Shown one piece after another: positions 1 through 10,359 of a DNA stretch of 64,000 bases. Every line of letters begins with the position of its first letter. The stretch's first letter is position 1. A model generated the notes under the pieces. It was not told where the DNA came from. It saw nothing but the letters and a program-made list of their open reading frames with translations, and searched no databases. Made by a program: the position numbers and the translations under genes. The stretch comes from Gammaproteobacteria bacterium (GTDB lineage Bacteria; Pseudomonadota; Gammaproteobacteria; Tethybacterales; Persebacteraceae), in assembly GCA_965221835.1 (NCBI GenBank), contig OZ244916.1, forward strand, positions 417,772 to 481,771, written 5' to 3'.

Positions 1-536
1 TTGCATTCGTCGCCTATAACGCGCTTTATGCGCAACCGATTGGCGGCGAATCGGAAAAAGATACTCCGCAGTATCGCGGCGTTTTTTGGGAAAAAATTCA
101 AAAAACCGGCGACGGTACAATTTTGGATTTTGCGAAATCGGAATCCGGAAAATTAAAAAAGATTCTTTCGATGCAGTATATTTCTTTTTCGTACTGGAAA
201 GACGAAAAAGGGTGGCGCGAAAAATATGAGATTATGCAAAAGGAGGCAGAGTGGGCGAAACGCGCGGTCTCCCGAAATCTTGACCTCAAAGTCGTGCGCG
301 CCGCAACGGAAAGAATCGGATTGCTGCGAAATCAGATTTTGCACGGCATGGCGGCGTACGGAGATTCGTACAATCGCAAACAGGTGCGGTTGTGCGCCGA
401 TTTTTTGCATCCGCTGGTCGGGCGAATGATCGCAACAGTTATCGGCGACAAAAAACAAAATTGGGGGAAAGTACCGTACCCGCCGCAGGGATACCCGAAC
501 GAATCCCGCATTGAAATTGAAGAGTTGGAGGATTGA
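1..536 (+). CDS. HEPN (Apea-like) domain protein, 5' end outside window
   Basis: Frame open from nt 3 (AFVAYNALY...) into the 123..536 ORF; RxxxxH motif RNQILHG; stop overlaps next ATG (TGATG). Confidence 0.65.
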   Translation, partial: AFVAYNALYAQPIGGESEKDTPQYRGVFWEKIQKTGDGTILDFAKSESGKLKKILSMQYISFSYWKDEKGWREKYEIMQKEAEWAKRAVSRNLDLKVVRAATERIGLLRNQILHGMAAYGDSYNRKQVRLCADFLHPLVGRMIATVIGDKKQNWGKVPYPPQGYPNESRIEIEELED

Positions 537-1561
537 TGAACATTTTTCGCAATCGTTCTGCAATGCAAATTGCTGCTTTAATTTTGGTGGCGATTGCGTT
601 GCCTTTTATTGCGCCGGATTATAAAACGCAACTTGCGTTTTTGTGGATTTTTATTTTATTTTCGCTGACATGGGATTTGCAAGGCGGGCAAATGGGTTAT
701 AACTCTTTCGGCAATATTGTATTTTTTGGAGTTGGAATGTATGCGTCGACTTCGGCGCAAATCGCGTTGTTTTTTGATCTCGGCGAATGGACGGAGGCGG
801 GCGGCGAAAACACATTTACGCATTCGCCGATGCAATATTTTGTCGGTTTTGCGGCGGGATTGCTGGCGGCGTGTGCGGCGGCGACATTGCTTGCGTTGGC
901 GTTCGGCAAGTTTATACTTTCCATGCGCGGACAATATTTTGCGATATGCACTTTGGGTTTTGGCATTGCGGTTGGCGAAATCGCCGCAAGCGTGGAGATT
1001 GTCGGTGCGGGCAGCGGAATGTCGGTGCCGGTGTGGCCGGACGAAGCGGGGGGATTGCGTGCGCGCGATTTTGCGTTGTATTTTATGGCGGCATTTTCGG
1101 GAATAGCGTGCTTTGCGGTGATGCGAAAAATTCATCGTTCGCGTTTTGGTCTCGCCTTGAACGCGATTCGCGATGACGAAGACAAAGCCGAGGCGATGGG
1201 GTTGCCGGTGGCGCGATGCAAAACTGCATCGTGGGCGGTATCGGCGTTTTTTCTGGGACTGGCGGGTGCGTTGACGGGGCATATTATCGGTTTTATAGAT
1301 CCGACCGATGTCGCGTTTGCGGGTGCGACATTCGGCGTTTGGATGGTGTTGATGGCGGTGCTGGGCGGAAAAGGAACGCTGTGGGGACCGGTGATTGGTG
1401 CGGTGTTATTTCAATTTTTTAAGGAATTTTTCTGGACTTATTTTTTGGGATGGCAATATGTGATGTTGGGTTTTCTTATCGTTGTGTCAGTCGTGTTTTT
1501 TCCGGATGGCGTTGCCGGTTTTTGGCGGAGAACGCGCCGCAAAACGGGGCATGCGCGATGA
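536..1561 (+). CDS. livM: Branched-chain amino acid ABC transporter permease (LivM-like)
   Basis: Hydrophobic; GQMGYNSFG, RGQYFAICTLG, SRFGLALNAIRDDEDKAEAMG, LGGKGTLWGPVIGA motifs. Confidence 0.9.
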   Translation: MNIFRNRSAMQIAALILVAIALPFIAPDYKTQLAFLWIFILFSLTWDLQGGQMGYNSFGNIVFFGVGMYASTSAQIALFFDLGEWTEAGGENTFTHSPMQYFVGFAAGLLAACAAATLLALAFGKFILSMRGQYFAICTLGFGIAVGEIAASVEIVGAGSGMSVPVWPDEAGGLRARDFALYFMAAFSGIACFAVMRKIHRSRFGLALNAIRDDEDKAEAMGLPVARCKTASWAVSAFFLGLAGALTGHIIGFIDPTDVAFAGATFGVWMVLMAVLGGKGTLWGPVIGAVLFQFFKEFFWTYFLGWQYVMLGFLIVVSVVFFPDGVAGFWRRTRRKTGHAR

Positions 1562-2289
1562 ACGAAGTTTTATTACGCGCCGAAAATGTTTGCAAAAAAT
1601 TCGGCGGAATTACGGCGAACGACAACATTTCTTTGCAAGTCAAAAAAGGCGATATTGTCGGACTCATCGGTCCGAACGGTTCGGGAAAAAGTACTTTGTT
1701 TAGTTTGATTTGCGGCGAACATCCTACTGATAGCGGCGCGGTATTTTTCGCCGGACGCGACATTACGGCGTTGTCGTCTGCGCAAATCGCGCGCGCCGGA
1801 TTGGTGCGGACTTTTCAACAGACGCGGGTATATCGCGAAATGTCGTGTATGGATAATATGCGTATTTCCGTCCCCGGCGGCGAATGGTGCGCGCCCGCAT
1901 CTGCGCAAACGGATGCGGAGGCGATGGAACTTCTTTCGTTTGTGGGATTGGAATCCAAACGCGCCGACCCGGCGGGGTCGCTGTCGTTCGGTCAACAAAA
2001 ACTTTTGGAGTTGGCGATGGCACTTGTCGCGCGTCCGACGATGTTGTTGTTGGATGAACCGACTGCCGGAATTAATCCGACTCTCATCAACGGCGTGCTG
2101 GCGCGATTGAAAACGGTGAACGAAACTTTCGGCATAACGCTGCTGATTATAGAACACAATATGCGCGTGATTATGAATTTGGCGCGGCATATTTATTGTC
2201 TGGCGCACGGGCAACTGCTGGCGGACGGCGTTGCCGAAGACATTCGCAACGATCCGCGCGTGATGGATGCGTATTTGGGAAAACGATGA
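1558..2289 (+). CDS. livG: ABC transporter ATP-binding protein (LivG-like)
   Basis: GLIGPNGSGKST, RTFQ, LSFGQQK, LLLDEP, IEHNM, C-terminal AYLG; ATG overlaps livM stop. Confidence 0.9.
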   Translation: MNEVLLRAENVCKKFGGITANDNISLQVKKGDIVGLIGPNGSGKSTLFSLICGEHPTDSGAVFFAGRDITALSSAQIARAGLVRTFQQTRVYREMSCMDNMRISVPGGEWCAPASAQTDAEAMELLSFVGLESKRADPAGSLSFGQQKLLELAMALVARPTMLLLDEPTAGINPTLINGVLARLKTVNETFGITLLIIEHNMRVIMNLARHIYCLAHGQLLADGVAEDIRNDPRVMDAYLGKR

Positions 2290-3158
2290 AACGCGCGAAA
2301 AAAATGCAAAAAGAAAACGCCGTTTTTGGCTACGGCGGCGGCGACATTGCGACAAACATTTCCGCCGACAAAATCGGAGAAGCGGCGAGGCGATTGTCCG
2401 CAAATGGCGCGACTGATTGGGAATCGCTGAAACAAATCGGCGGCGGTGAATTTTTGACGGTGCGCGAATTGCGCGCGGGTTACGGAAAAACGGAAATTTT
2501 GCATAATTTTAATCTTGCGCTCGGATGCGGAAAATCGCTGTGTTTGGTGGGACCGAACGGCGCGGGAAAATCCACGGTATTGCACACGATATACGGAATC
2601 GCCGACCGGCTGGATGGCGCTATCGCGTTGGACGGGCGCGACATTTCCGCTTTGTCGTCCGACAAAAAACTCGCGGCGGGTGCGGCGTATATTATGCAAG
2701 ACAATTCTGTTTTTCCCGATATGACGGTGGAAGAAAACTTGCTGATTGGCGGTTATATTTTGCCGTCCAAAGACGCGGCGCGGGAGGCGGCAGAACGCAT
2801 ATTCGCGAAATACGATCGCTTGGCGAAACGGCGCGGGCAAAACGCGGGCGCGTTGTCGGGCGGAGAACGGCGACTGCTGGAAATCTCGCGCGCGTTGATT
2901 ACAAATCCGTCTTTGCTGCTGGTGGATGAACCGTCCATCGGTTTGGAACCGCGTTACATAGATATGGTTTTTGAGATTCTCGCCGATTTACGCGACAACG
3001 AAAATAAAACAATTTTGATGGTGGAACAAAACGCGAAAAAAGGACTCGCGTTCGCGGACGCCGGTTATGTTTTGGTAGCGGGCGAACTCGCTCTCGCCGG
3101 TGCCGGAAAAGATCTTCTCGCAAATCAGGAAGTTGGGCGATTATTTTTGGGCGGTTAA
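2286..3158 (+). CDS. livF: ABC transporter ATP-binding protein (LivF-like) with N-terminal extension
   Basis: GPNGAGKST, LSGGERR, DEPSIGL, VEQNA, C-terminal FLGG. Confidence 0.9.
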   Translation: MKRAKKMQKENAVFGYGGGDIATNISADKIGEAARRLSANGATDWESLKQIGGGEFLTVRELRAGYGKTEILHNFNLALGCGKSLCLVGPNGAGKSTVLHTIYGIADRLDGAIALDGRDISALSSDKKLAAGAAYIMQDNSVFPDMTVEENLLIGGYILPSKDAAREAAERIFAKYDRLAKRRGQNAGALSGGERRLLEISRALITNPSLLLVDEPSIGLEPRYIDMVFEILADLRDNENKTILMVEQNAKKGLAFADAGYVLVAGELALAGAGKDLLANQEVGRLFLGG

Positions 3159-3179
3159 ATTCTTTCTGAAATTCGGGAA

Positions 3180-3206
3180 ATTCCGATTTTCATCGGAATT
3201 TTTTTT
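3180..3206. terminator. 20-bp palindrome ATTCCGAT-TTTC-ATCGGAAT followed by a T-run between convergent genes
   Basis: Perfect 8-bp stem, 4-nt loop; same family as the palindromes at 34718-34869 and 63314. Confidence 0.6.
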
Positions 3207-3215
3207 GGGCGCGTT

Positions 3216-4898
3216 TTATGCAATTTCGTGCGGGAAGTGTTGCAGTATGCAGCGTATCGGATTCGGGGCGGCTTGACCGAGACCGCAAATGGAGGCGTCC
3301 GCCATTGCGACCGATAATTCTTCCAACAAATCCGCGTCCCATTGCGGGTTTTCCATCAGTTTGACCGCTTTTGCGGTACCGACACGGCAAGGCGTGCATT
3401 GTCCGCACGATTCGTCCGCAAAAAACTGCATCATATTTAACGCCGCATCGCGCGCGCGAAATCGCGAAGATAAAACAATTACCGCCGCCGAACCGATAAA
3501 CGAATTTTTGTCCGCTTGTTGCAAAGTGTCAAAATCCAGCGGAATGTCCGCCATCGCGGCGGGTAAGATTCCGCCCGATGCACCGCCCGGCAGATAGGCG
3601 TATAACGTTTCGCCGTCCGCCATTCCGCCGCAATAATCGTTTATCAATTCCCGCACCGTAATGCCTGCTGGGGCGAGATGCACGCCGGGTTTTGCGACCC
3701 GTCCCGAAACCGAAAAAGAACGCAAACCGCGTCGTCCGTTTCGCCCTTCGCCGGAAAATATTTCCGCGCCGCGCCGCAAAATGTGCGGCACCCAGTGCAG
3801 TGTTTCCATATTGTGTTCCAGTGTCGGGCGACCGAACGCGCCGACTTGTGCGAGATAGGGCGGGCGCAATCGCGGTTCGCCGCGTTTGCCTTCTACCGAT
3901 TCGATCATTGCCGATTCTTCGCCGCAAATGTACGCCCCCGCACCGCGCCGTAAAAAGATTTTCGCCGCGCAAAAATCTGCCGCCGTCAATGCCGCAATTT
4001 CCGGTTCCAGCATCGCGCGGCAGCCGTGATATTCGTCCCGCAAATAAACATATATTTCGTCCGCACCGACAAACCATGCGGCGATTAATGCGCCTTCCAA
4101 AAATGCGTGCGGCGTTTGTTCCAAATAAAAGCGATCCTTAAATGTGCCGGGTTCGCCTTCGTCTATGTTGACCGCGACAACTTTGCGTCCTGCGGCATCG
4201 CGGACGAATTGCCATTTGCGTGCGGCGGGAAATCCTGCGCCGCCCAATCCGCGCAATCCTGCATTTTCTAACGCCGCCTGCACCGATTCGGGTGTGCGTT
4301 TGCCGTTTGCGCATTCGCGATAAACTTCATAACCGCCGTCTTTGCGATAATCGGCGAAAGTTTGCGCCGCCGGTTTTGTCGCGGAAAAACTTCCCGCCGA
4401 AAATGCCGCGGCGACCGTTTCGGAATCGGCATTTTCCATCGCGTTTTGTCCGACAACGGCAACCGGTGCGGCGGCGCATCTGCCGACACACGGGGCGGCG
4501 ATAATGCGCGCTTTTTCGCCTAACAAATCGCGCAACTTTTGCATTAAATCTGCCGCCCCCGCCATTTCGCACGACAAAGAACGGCAGATGCGGATGGTCG
4601 CCGCCGGTTTGTTTTCGCCGTCCGCCGGCACATCAAAATGGTGATAAAAAGTCGCTACTTCATACACCGCGGCGAAAGGCAGATTCATCAATTCGGCGAG
4701 TGCCGCGAGATTTTCGCGCGCGAGACAACCTTCGGCGTCTTGAATTCGGTGTAGATTTTCAATTAGATATTCTTTTTCGCACGGGGCGGCGGCGATTATT
4801 TCGCGCACCCGGGCGCGGGCGTGTGCGGAAACCGCGCGCCCTTTGGGTTTGCGTTTTGCCGCCATCCGCCGAAATTGTACCGGTTTTTGTTCGCTCAC
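3216..4898 (-). CDS. NuoE-NuoF fusion flavoprotein, NAD-dependent formate dehydrogenase beta-subunit-like
   Basis: VATFYHHF, C-x4-C...C-x3-C [2Fe-2S], GLRGLGGAGFP, DEGEPGTFKDR, GAGAYICGEES, ESCGQCTPCRVG, SICGLG; GTG start with AAGGAG upstream. Confidence 0.85.
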   Translation of the reverse strand: MSEQKPVQFRRMAAKRKPKGRAVSAHARARVREIIAAAPCEKEYLIENLHRIQDAEGCLARENLAALAELMNLPFAAVYEVATFYHHFDVPADGENKPAATIRICRSLSCEMAGAADLMQKLRDLLGEKARIIAAPCVGRCAAAPVAVVGQNAMENADSETVAAAFSAGSFSATKPAAQTFADYRKDGGYEVYRECANGKRTPESVQAALENAGLRGLGGAGFPAARKWQFVRDAAGRKVVAVNIDEGEPGTFKDRFYLEQTPHAFLEGALIAAWFVGADEIYVYLRDEYHGCRAMLEPEIAALTAADFCAAKIFLRRGAGAYICGEESAMIESVEGKRGEPRLRPPYLAQVGAFGRPTLEHNMETLHWVPHILRRGAEIFSGEGRNGRRGLRSFSVSGRVAKPGVHLAPAGITVRELINDYCGGMADGETLYAYLPGGASGGILPAAMADIPLDFDTLQQADKNSFIGSAAVIVLSSRFRARDAALNMMQFFADESCGQCTPCRVGTAKAVKLMENPQWDADLLEELSVAMADASICGLGQAAPNPIRCILQHFPHEIA

Positions 4899-4992
4899 TT
4901 TTGTATTTTTACTCCTTGACTCCGTGCGAATTATACCGCGCCGTTCGATATTTTAACGAATGCACGACATCGGGCGGCGTTTGCATCCGGTT

Positions 4993-6018
4993 TTAAGCGC
5001 ACAATGCCGCGTATTTGTTCCACCGCGTATTAAATACGGCGTCTATTTTGCCGCCGACAATGTCGTCTCGTGCGGTGCGCCATGCGTTGCGATACGATTC
5101 TGCGCCCGCCGCGGTCGCTTCGTCCAACGCCATAAAAGGAAAACAGGCGCGTCCGCTCGGCGTGTCGCAAGGTTGATAGCGCAAATCAAAACTCCAGCGA
5201 ACGGAATCTGAACAATTTGCGCCCGCACCATGCACTGTTCGCCGATGCAACAAAACGATGTCTCCCGCTTCCGCTTCCAGCGCGATTAAATTTTCTTTGT
5301 CAATCGCATCGTCGGGAATATAAATTTCGCCCGCCAACTCCCGCCCCGGACAATGGCGCACCAATCCGAAATCGCGTTCGGAATCTGTTTGCAGATGACT
5401 GCCGCGAACGGCGTACATGCATCCGTTTTTTGTTGTGGCTTCGGTCATTGCAATCCATACCGTCAAAATCGGCGTTCCCGCCGCTTCTTCGGTAACGACG
5501 GCTTCGTCTTGATGCCACAAAGTACGCGCCATATTGGCGTCTTTTTGTGCTTCCGTCGGCAAAAGATGTTGCGGCGGTTTAATGCGGACATGTTGCACCG
5601 GACTTAGCGCGACATTGTCGCCCAGAAGTTGTCTTGCAGTTGCCGCAATTTGTGGATGTGTTATTAAATTAAAAACCGGGTCGGGAATGAAAAATCCTGC
5701 TTTTTGCCGCCATTCGTTTTCGCCGAACAATTGCCGCCATTTGCCGGTTTCTGCCGCCAAATCGGAGAGCATCGGCAGCGAAATATCCAAATGCTGATAA
5801 TAATCCGCCCCCGCCCCCAGCAACGCGGTCAACCGTTCATCAAATCCTGTTTTGGGCGGGGCGGACATATCGCCGCATCGGACGGCGGCGGCGATTAATT
5901 CGTCCAGTCGCGCCGAAAAAGCGCGCCGCACATCGGCGATACATTTTTTGTTGATGACATGCGGAACGACCAAAGCGCCGTTTTCCGCGAATGTTTGCAT
6001 TTGCTTTTCCGTCAGCAT
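4993..6018 (-). CDS. Phytanoyl-CoA dioxygenase family (Fe/2-OG) protein
   Basis: WHQD, VWIAM, NGCM-x-VRGSH, TVHGAGAN, RWSFDLRYQ; GGAGG RBS. Confidence 0.85.
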   Translation of the reverse strand: MLTEKQMQTFAENGALVVPHVINKKCIADVRRAFSARLDELIAAAVRCGDMSAPPKTGFDERLTALLGAGADYYQHLDISLPMLSDLAAETGKWRQLFGENEWRQKAGFFIPDPVFNLITHPQIAATARQLLGDNVALSPVQHVRIKPPQHLLPTEAQKDANMARTLWHQDEAVVTEEAAGTPILTVWIAMTEATTKNGCMYAVRGSHLQTDSERDFGLVRHCPGRELAGEIYIPDDAIDKENLIALEAEAGDIVLLHRRTVHGAGANCSDSVRWSFDLRYQPCDTPSGRACFPFMALDEATAAGAESYRNAWRTARDDIVGGKIDAVFNTRWNKYAALCA

Positions 6019-6038
6019 TTTTGCCTCCTCCCGAATTC

Positions 6039-6114
<76 letters not shown>

Positions 6115-6179
6115 ACGGGATTATAATACGATTTCGGACATTATTTGCATTAAAAATTATTTGCCATAACGGAGTTGCG

Positions 6180-7370
6180 ATGAAAATTGTTGATTTTGCT
6201 TTGTATCCGGTCGCTACGCCGCCGCCGCATTTGGGCGGAGAATGCTGGCTGTTTCTCGTTTTGCGGACGGACGGCGGCGTTTGCGGTGTCGGCGAAATAT
6301 ACGGCGTGCCGTTTCGCCCGCAAACGGCGGCGGCAATGGCGGCGGATGTTTGCGAACGACATATTGTCGGTGCGGATCCTTTCGCTGTGGAAAAGTTGTG
6401 GCGAATTATCTATTCCAGCGCGTACACTCAGCGTCCGGATGTTTCTCTCGGCGGAATTTTAAGCGCGATAGAAGTCGCCTGCTGGGATATTGTCGGCAAG
6501 GAACTCGGCAAACCCGTGCATGCGATTTTGGGCGGACGGGTGCGCGATGCGTTGCGTACTTATACTTATTTGTATCCGGAGGAAGGCGATGCGGACGATG
6601 TTTATGTGTCTCCGGCGTTGGCGGCAAAACGCGCGGCGGAATATGTCGCGCAAGGATTTACGGCGGTAAAGTTTGATCCGGCGGGCGCGTACACCGCTTT
6701 TGATCCGCGGCAGTTGCGTCTTGCGGATATTGCGCGTTCGCGGGATTTTATGCGCGAAATTCGCGAAGCGGTCGGCGATTCGTGCGATTTACTTTTTGGC
6801 ACGCACGGGCAAATGACTCCGGCGGCGGCGATTCGTCTTGCGCGACAATTAGAACCGTTTGATCCGTTGTGGCTGGAAGAACCGACGCCGCCCGAAAATC
6901 CCGCCGCCATGGCGCAAGTTGCGCGCGGCACCTCCATTTCCATCGCCGCCGGTGAACGATTGACGACAAAACACGAATTCGCCGTATTATTGTCGCACGG
7001 GGCGGCGTCCATTTTGCAAATCAATTGCGGTCGTTGCGGCGGCATTTTGGAAGCGAAAAAAATTGCCGCGCTTGCCGAAACGCATTATGCACAAATCGCG
7101 CCGCATTTGTATTGCGGTCCGGTTGTCGGCGCAGCGAATGCGCAAGTTGCGGCATGCATTCCTAACTTTCTAATTTTGGAAGGCATAAAAAAATGGGACG
7201 GATTTGATGCCGAAATTTTACGCACACCGTTGCAGTGGCAAGACGGTTATTTGATTGTGCCGGATGCGCCCGGCATTGGCGTGGAATTGAATATTGAAAT
7301 CGCCGAAAAAAATCGTTATGCGGGCGATGCGGTGATGCATCCCCGCCCGTTGCATTCGCCGTCCGATTGA
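6180..7370 (+). CDS. Mandelate racemase/muconate lactonizing enzyme family (galactonate dehydratase-like)
   Basis: [11 protein letters not shown]-x-LG-x-PV, [31 protein letters not shown]; GGAG RBS before ATG 6180. Confidence 0.85.
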   Translation: MKIVDFALYPVATPPPHLGGECWLFLVLRTDGGVCGVGEIYGVPFRPQTAAAMAADVCERHIVGADPFAVEKLWRIIYSSAYTQRPDVSLGGILSAIEVACWDIVGKELGKPVHAILGGRVRDALRTYTYLYPEEGDADDVYVSPALAAKRAAEYVAQGFTAVKFDPAGAYTAFDPRQLRLADIARSRDFMREIREAVGDSCDLLFGTHGQMTPAAAIRLARQLEPFDPLWLEEPTPPENPAAMAQVARGTSISIAAGERLTTKHEFAVLLSHGAASILQINCGRCGGILEAKKIAALAETHYAQIAPHLYCGPVVGAANAQVAACIPNFLILEGIKKWDGFDAEILRTPLQWQDGYLIVPDAPGIGVELNIEIAEKNRYAGDAVMHPRPLHSPSD

Positions 7371-7444
7371 GAGTGGCGGCATGCGTTTTAATCGCGCCGA
7401 TGCGCGCCGCGATTGCCGGATTTGTTATAATGATTCGCCCGCTG

Positions 7445-9502
7445 ATGAAAAAAAACGCCCGCCCAGAAACCGCCCCGCCCGCCGCAAAATTGTCCGTTGC
7501 GCCTTTCCGTTTGCATTCCGATTATCGTCCGTCCGGCGATCAGCCGCAAGCGATTGCCGGATTGAATGATGGTTTGCGCAAAGGCGCGCGTGCGCAAACA
7601 TTGATGGGCGTGACCGGTTCCGGCAAAACTTATACGATGGCGAATGTTATTGTCGGCAGCAAACGTCCGACTTTGGTGATGGCGCATAACAAAACTTTGG
7701 CGGCGCAGTTATATGCCGAGTTTCGCGAATTTTTTCCCGAAAACGCGGTGGAATATTTTGTTTCGTATTACGATTATTATCAGCCGGAAGCGTATGTACC
7801 GGCGCGCGATTTGTTTATTGAAAAAGATTCCAGCGTCAATTCGCACATTGAACAAATGCGTTTGTCGGCGACCAAATCGTTGATGGAACGGCGCGATTGC
7901 GTTATTGTCGCGACCGTTTCGGCGATATACGGAATCGGCGATCCGGTAGATTATCACGGCATGATTTTGCATTTGCGGCGCGGCGAAAAAATTGCGCGCG
8001 ACAAAATAATTCGGCGATTATCCGAAATGCAATACAAACGCGATCAGGCGGATTTTGCGCGCGGCACATTTCGCGTACGCGGCGAAGTGGTGGATATTTT
8101 TCCTGCCGAAAACTCCGAAGATGCGTTGCGCGTGGATCTTTCCGAAGACGAGGGTGCAGTTTTATATTTGTTTGATCCGCTTACCGGACGGCGGCGGCGA
8201 CGGGCGGAACGCTACACCGTTTATCCGTCATCGCATTATGTCGCACCGCGCGGTACAATTAAACGCGCGATTGCGGCGATTCGCGAAGAATTAAAAGAAT
8301 GCGTTCCGCAAATGCAAAAAGAAGGACGCGCGGCGGAAGCGGAACGGTTGTCGGAACGCGTACGTTTTGATATGGAAATGATGGAGGCGACCGGGTTTTG
8401 CAAGGGAATTGAAAACTATTCCCGCCATTTATCCGGGCGCGCACCGGGCGAACATCCGCCGACATTGTTTGATTATCTGCCGCCCGATTCGCTTTTGTTC
8501 ATAGACGAATCGCATGTCACCGTACCGCAAATCGGCGGAATGTATCGCGGCGACCGGGCGCGAAAAGAAACGCTTGTAAAATACGGATTTCGTTTGCCGT
8601 CCGCGTTGGACAATCGCCCGCTGCGATTTGAAGAGTTTGAAGAAATGATGCCGCCCGCGATTTTTGTTTCGGCGACTCCCGCCGAGTACGAAAAACGCAA
8701 AAGTGCGCGGCGGGTGGAACAAGTCGTGCGCCCGACGGGGCTTTTGGATCCGCGCGTTATCGTGCGTCCGGCGCAAACGCAAGTGGACGATTTGTGCGGC
8801 GAAATAGAATCGCGAGTAAAATGCGGCGAACGGGTTCTGGCGACGACTCTCACCAAAAGAATGGCGGAACAGTTCACCGAATTTCTTGCCGAACAAGGCG
8901 TGAAGGCGCGTTATTTGCATGCCGACATAGACACCGTGGAACGCGCCGATATTTTGCGCGATTTGCGTCTCGGCGTTTTTGATGTGCTGGTCGGAATCAA
9001 TCTTTTGCGCGAAGGATTGGATTTGCCGGAAGTTTCGCTTGTGGCAATTTTTGATGCGGACAAGGAGGGATTTTTGCGTTCCGAACAATCGCTGATTCAG
9101 ACGATGGGGCGGGCGGCGCGACATATTAACGGCACCGCCATTTTATACGCCGACAAAGAAACCGGTTCTATGCGGCGCGCGATGGCGGAAACCGAACGGC
9201 GGCGAGAAGTGCAGATAGCGTACAACAAAAAACACGGCATTCGTCCGGCGGGCGTACACAAAGCGGTGAAAGATATTATTAAAACCGGCGAGGAAGCGGA
9301 CGATTCCAAATCCGCCCGCCGCAAAGATTTTCGCAAAATGCGCGAGGCGCAAGTCGGAAAAGCGTTGCGCCATTTGGAGAAAAAAATGTCGCAACACGCG
9401 AACAATTTGGAGTTTGAACGCGCTGCCGAAATCCGCGATGAAATTCGCATTATCCGGCGGCAAGTGTTAGGCGTGGAAACAACGCCGGAGGAGGCGGCAT
9501 GA
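7445..9502 (+). CDS. uvrB: Excinuclease ABC subunit B
   Basis: [56 protein letters not shown]-terminal UVR domain; start uncertain (7430 or 7445). Confidence 0.97.
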   Translation: MKKNARPETAPPAAKLSVAPFRLHSDYRPSGDQPQAIAGLNDGLRKGARAQTLMGVTGSGKTYTMANVIVGSKRPTLVMAHNKTLAAQLYAEFREFFPENAVEYFVSYYDYYQPEAYVPARDLFIEKDSSVNSHIEQMRLSATKSLMERRDCVIVATVSAIYGIGDPVDYHGMILHLRRGEKIARDKIIRRLSEMQYKRDQADFARGTFRVRGEVVDIFPAENSEDALRVDLSEDEGAVLYLFDPLTGRRRRRAERYTVYPSSHYVAPRGTIKRAIAAIREELKECVPQMQKEGRAAEAERLSERVRFDMEMMEATGFCKGIENYSRHLSGRAPGEHPPTLFDYLPPDSLLFIDESHVTVPQIGGMYRGDRARKETLVKYGFRLPSALDNRPLRFEEFEEMMPPAIFVSATPAEYEKRKSARRVEQVVRPTGLLDPRVIVRPAQTQVDDLCGEIESRVKCGERVLATTLTKRMAEQFTEFLAEQGVKARYLHADIDTVERADILRDLRLGVFDVLVGINLLREGLDLPEVSLVAIFDADKEGFLRSEQSLIQTMGRAARHINGTAILYADKETGSMRRAMAETERRREVQIAYNKKHGIRPAGVHKAVKDIIKTGEEADDSKSARRKDFRKMREAQVGKALRHLEKKMSQHANNLEFERAAEIRDEIRIIRRQVLGVETTPEEAA

Positions 9503-9693
9503 TTTGGGATACGGCGTTTGTTTTGGTTGGCGCGATTTTGTTTGCAGAAGGCGCGATATTGCTGACGATGAGCGAAGAATCGTGGCGGCGTTTTCGCGAT
9601 TTTTTAACCGGTCTTTCCCTCGGGCAATTGCATACTATCGGAATCGCAACGGCGGCGGCGGGCGCGTTAGTTCTGTTTTTAAGTTTGTTATAA
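9499..9693 (+). CDS. Small membrane protein, DUF2065/YjeT-like
   Basis: 64 aa, two hydrophobic helices, EG...WR...QL-x2-IG pattern; ATGA overlap with uvrB. Confidence 0.7.
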   Translation: MIWDTAFVLVGAILFAEGAILLTMSEESWRRFRDFLTGLSLGQLHTIGIATAAAGALVLFLSLL

Positions 9694-9700
9694 TACGCCG

Positions 9701-10333
9701 ATGCCCGACATTCCCGTATTGACATTTTCCCGTTTGCGACAAGCCGAATCCGAATTGTCCGCCGCCGATCCGATCATGGCGAAAGTGATAGCGGTGCGCG
9801 GACCGATTCGCCTGCCGCGCAAAAAAGAACCGCCGTTTCATGTGTTGGCGGTTTCTATTATCAATCAGCAACTTTCGCAAAAAGTGGCAGACATTATAGA
9901 ATCGCGCGTAGCAGAAATTACCGATTCGCCGTTTGCACCGGCAGCCATTTTGCAAGTGCCGCCGGAGCGGTTACGGGCGGCGGGATTGTCGGGTGCGAAA
10001 GTTCGCTACCTGCACGAAATCGCCGCCCGCACGCAAAGCGGCGACATTCCCATCGCGTCTTTTCCGAAAATGGAAGACGAAGAAATTATTTCGGCATTGC
10101 AATCTTGCCCCGGCATCGGTCGCTGGACGGCGGAAATGTTTTTGATGTTTGCGATGCGTCGCCCCGATGTCGTTTCCGCCGGTGACGCCGCATTATGCCG
10201 GGCGGCGCGCATTTTATACGGCAAAAAATACCGCGGCGGCGATGGCGAAGTGTTGCTAAAAGCCGCAAAAAAATGGCAGCCGTGGCGCACCGTGGCGAGT
10301 CGCTATTTGTGGCTTTCTTTGCGAAAAGATTAA
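9701..10333 (+). CDS. alkA: DNA-3-methyladenine glycosylase II (AlkA, HhH-GPD)
   Basis: SIINQQLS, GLSGAK, GIGRWTAEMFLMF, RPDV...GD, WQPWRTVASRYLW. Confidence 0.9.
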   Translation: MPDIPVLTFSRLRQAESELSAADPIMAKVIAVRGPIRLPRKKEPPFHVLAVSIINQQLSQKVADIIESRVAEITDSPFAPAAILQVPPERLRAAGLSGAKVRYLHEIAARTQSGDIPIASFPKMEDEEIISALQSCPGIGRWTAEMFLMFAMRRPDVVSAGDAALCRAARILYGKKYRGGDGEVLLKAAKKWQPWRTVASRYLWLSLRKD

Positions 10334-10359
10334 ATAATGCAATTCATCGGAGAACTATT

